DNA of 64,000 bases, from the NCBI RefSeq assembly GCF_055900595.2, contig NZ_CM148325.1, one strand, 5' to 3'. Position numbers and translations under genes: made by a program. Numbering within the stretch: position 1 is the stretch's first letter; each line of letters begins with the position of its first letter. A model generated the notes under the pieces. That model ran no database searches and had not been told where the DNA came from. It worked only from the letters and a program-made list of their open reading frames with translations. Shown here piece after piece: positions 62,390 to 64,000 of the stretch.

Positions 62390-62971
62390 ATGTCGGATAC
62401 CATCGAACTGGTTGATTTAGCCGTGATCTTCCCTGATCTGGAGATCGAATTGAAATACGCCTGCGCTGATAACATCACGGGTAAAGCTATTTATCAGCAA
62501 GCGCGTTGTCTGTTACACAAGGATGCGATTACCGCGCTGGCGAAAAGTATCAGTATCGCCCAGCTGTCAGGCTTACAACTGGTGATTTACGATGCGTATC
62601 GCCCACAACAAGCACAGGCGATGTTGTGGCAAACCTGCCCAGACCCGCAATATGTTGTTGATGTGACGGTCGGTTCTAATCACAGCCGTGGCACCGCGAT
62701 CGACCTGACGCTTCGTGATGAGCACGGGAACATCCTCGATATGGGCGCAGAGTTCGATGAAATGCACGAACGTTCCCATGCTTACCATCCTTCCGTCCCG
62801 CCCGCCGCTCAGCGCAATCGGCTGTTGCTGAATGCGATTATGACTGGCGGTGGCTTTGTCGGTATCCCGAGCGAATGGTGGCACTTCGAATTACCCCAGG
62901 CAGCAAGTTACCCACTACTCGCTGATCAATTCACCTGTTTTATATCCCCTGGCACACAGCACGCCAGTTAA
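62390..62971 (+). CDS. ddpX: D-alanyl-D-alanine dipeptidase (VanX-like)
   Basis: 193-aa ORF with zinc-binding SNHSRGTAIDL region, as in the VanX family. Confidence 0.9.
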   Translation: MSDTIELVDLAVIFPDLEIELKYACADNITGKAIYQQARCLLHKDAITALAKSISIAQLSGLQLVIYDAYRPQQAQAMLWQTCPDPQYVVDVTVGSNHSRGTAIDLTLRDEHGNILDMGAEFDEMHERSHAYHPSVPPAAQRNRLLLNAIMTGGGFVGIPSEWWHFELPQAASYPLLADQFTCFISPGTQHAS

Positions 62972-62984
62972 TCAGGAAACTGTC

Positions 62985-64000
62985 ATGAAGAGATCGATTT
63001 CGTTTCGTCCTACATTGCTCGCGATCGTCCTTGCCACAACAATGCCGGTTGCGCACGCCGCCGTACCGAAAGATATGCTGGTGATCGGTAAAGCTGCCGA
63101 CCCACAAACCCTCGACCCGGCGGTAACAATTGATAATAACGACTGGACAGTGACCTACCCGTCTTATCAGCGACTGGTTCAGTACAAAACGGACGGTGAT
63201 AAAGGCTCAACAGACGTTGAAGGCGATCTGGCGAGTAGCTGGAAAGCGTCTGACGATCAAAAAGAGTGGACGTTCACCCTGAAGGACAATGCTAAATTTG
63301 CCGATGGCACACCCGTCACTGCCGAAGCAGTAAAACTCTCTTTTGAGCGGTTACTAAAAATCGGTCAGGGGCCAGCAGAAGCATTTCCCAAAGATTTAAA
63401 GATTGATGCTCCCGACGAACATACGGTGAGGTTTACCCTTAGCCAGCCATTCGCACCGTTCCTCTACACGCTGGCGAATGACGGTGCATCCATTATCAAT
63501 CCGGCGGTCTTAAAAGAACATGCGGCCGATGATGCCCGTGGTTTCCTCGCGCAAAATACCGCTGGCTCCGGACCGTTTATGCTGAAAAGCTGGCAAAAAG
63601 GTCAGCAATTAGTTCTGGTGCCAAATCCGCATTACCCCGGCAATAAACCGAACTTCAAACGGGTATCGGTAAAAATTATCGGTGAAAGTGCCTCCCGTCG
63701 CCTGCAGCTCTCCCGTGGCGACATTGATATTGCCGATGCGCTGCCGGTGGATCAACTCAACGCACTGAAGCAGGAAAACAAAGTCAAAGTGGCAGAGTAT
63801 CCGTCACTGCGCGTCACCTATCTGTATCTCAATAACAGCAAAGCGCCACTTAATCAGGCGGATCTGCGTCGGGCCATTTCCTGGTCTACCGATTATCAGG
63901 GTATGGTTAACGGCATTCTGAGTGGTAACGGAAAACAAATGCGCGGCCCGATTCCGGAAGGCATGTGGGGATACGATGCGACGGCAATGCAATACAACCA
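62985..64000 (+). CDS. ddpA: Periplasmic D,D-dipeptide-binding protein, N-terminal part (runs off the window end)
   Basis: ATG at 62985 then MKRSISFRPTLLAIVLATTMPVAHA signal peptide and family 5 solute-binding protein sequence; open to the window end. Confidence 0.85.
   Translation, partial: MKRSISFRPTLLAIVLATTMPVAHAAVPKDMLVIGKAADPQTLDPAVTIDNNDWTVTYPSYQRLVQYKTDGDKGSTDVEGDLASSWKASDDQKEWTFTLKDNAKFADGTPVTAEAVKLSFERLLKIGQGPAEAFPKDLKIDAPDEHTVRFTLSQPFAPFLYTLANDGASIINPAVLKEHAADDARGFLAQNTAGSGPFMLKSWQKGQQLVLVPNPHYPGNKPNFKRVSVKIIGESASRRLQLSRGDIDIADALPVDQLNALKQENKVKVAEYPSLRVTYLYLNNSKAPLNQADLRRAISWSTDYQGMVNGILSGNGKQMRGPIPEGMWGYDATAMQYN

Noticed and set aside
1-64000. CRISPR arrays, tRNA or rRNA genes
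   Set aside because: No regularly spaced short repeats with unique spacers and no tRNA-like or rRNA-like sequences were recognised by eye; the only tandem repeats are the coding repeats described above.

Overview
This window reads as an Escherichia coli-type chromosomal segment, and almost all of it matches my memory of the K-12 neighbourhood around sad/lsr/hipBA/gadBC in reverse orientation; no database search was possible, so all gene names are from recall. Left to right: yneJ (partial), sad-glsB-yneG, dgcF (yneF), uxaB, yneE, tam, the complete lsr AI-2 locus (lsrGFBDCA on minus, lsrRK on plus), an uninterrupted ~1800-aa AIDA-type autotransporter, hipBA with four perfect HipB operators, an intact chaperone-usher fimbrial operon (ydeQRST/F9-like), ydeP-safA-ydeO, ydeN-ydeM, yddA-yddB-pqqL, gadBC, yddW, dosCP, ddpX and the start of ddpA. 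No rRNA, tRNA or CRISPR array was seen. The stretch that stands out is about 7 kb between hipA and the fimbrial operon (roughly 25.1-32.3 kb). It holds two divergently transcribed genes for eukaryote-like repeat proteins: a 508-aa leucine-rich-repeat protein whose LRR block is of the IpaH/SspH effector type but has no NEL ubiquitin-ligase domain, and a 654-aa protein with about seven ankyrin-like repeats. Both carry in-frame 9-bp tandem repeats near their 5' ends. The LRR gene is flanked by ~63-bp direct repeats derived from a broken Xre-type HTH/antitoxin-like gene, and the insert ends in degenerate transposase-like debris. I cannot assign a function to this module; it is the best candidate for an undescribed system here and should be tested as a possible secreted effector pair or a regulatory/anti-defence module.
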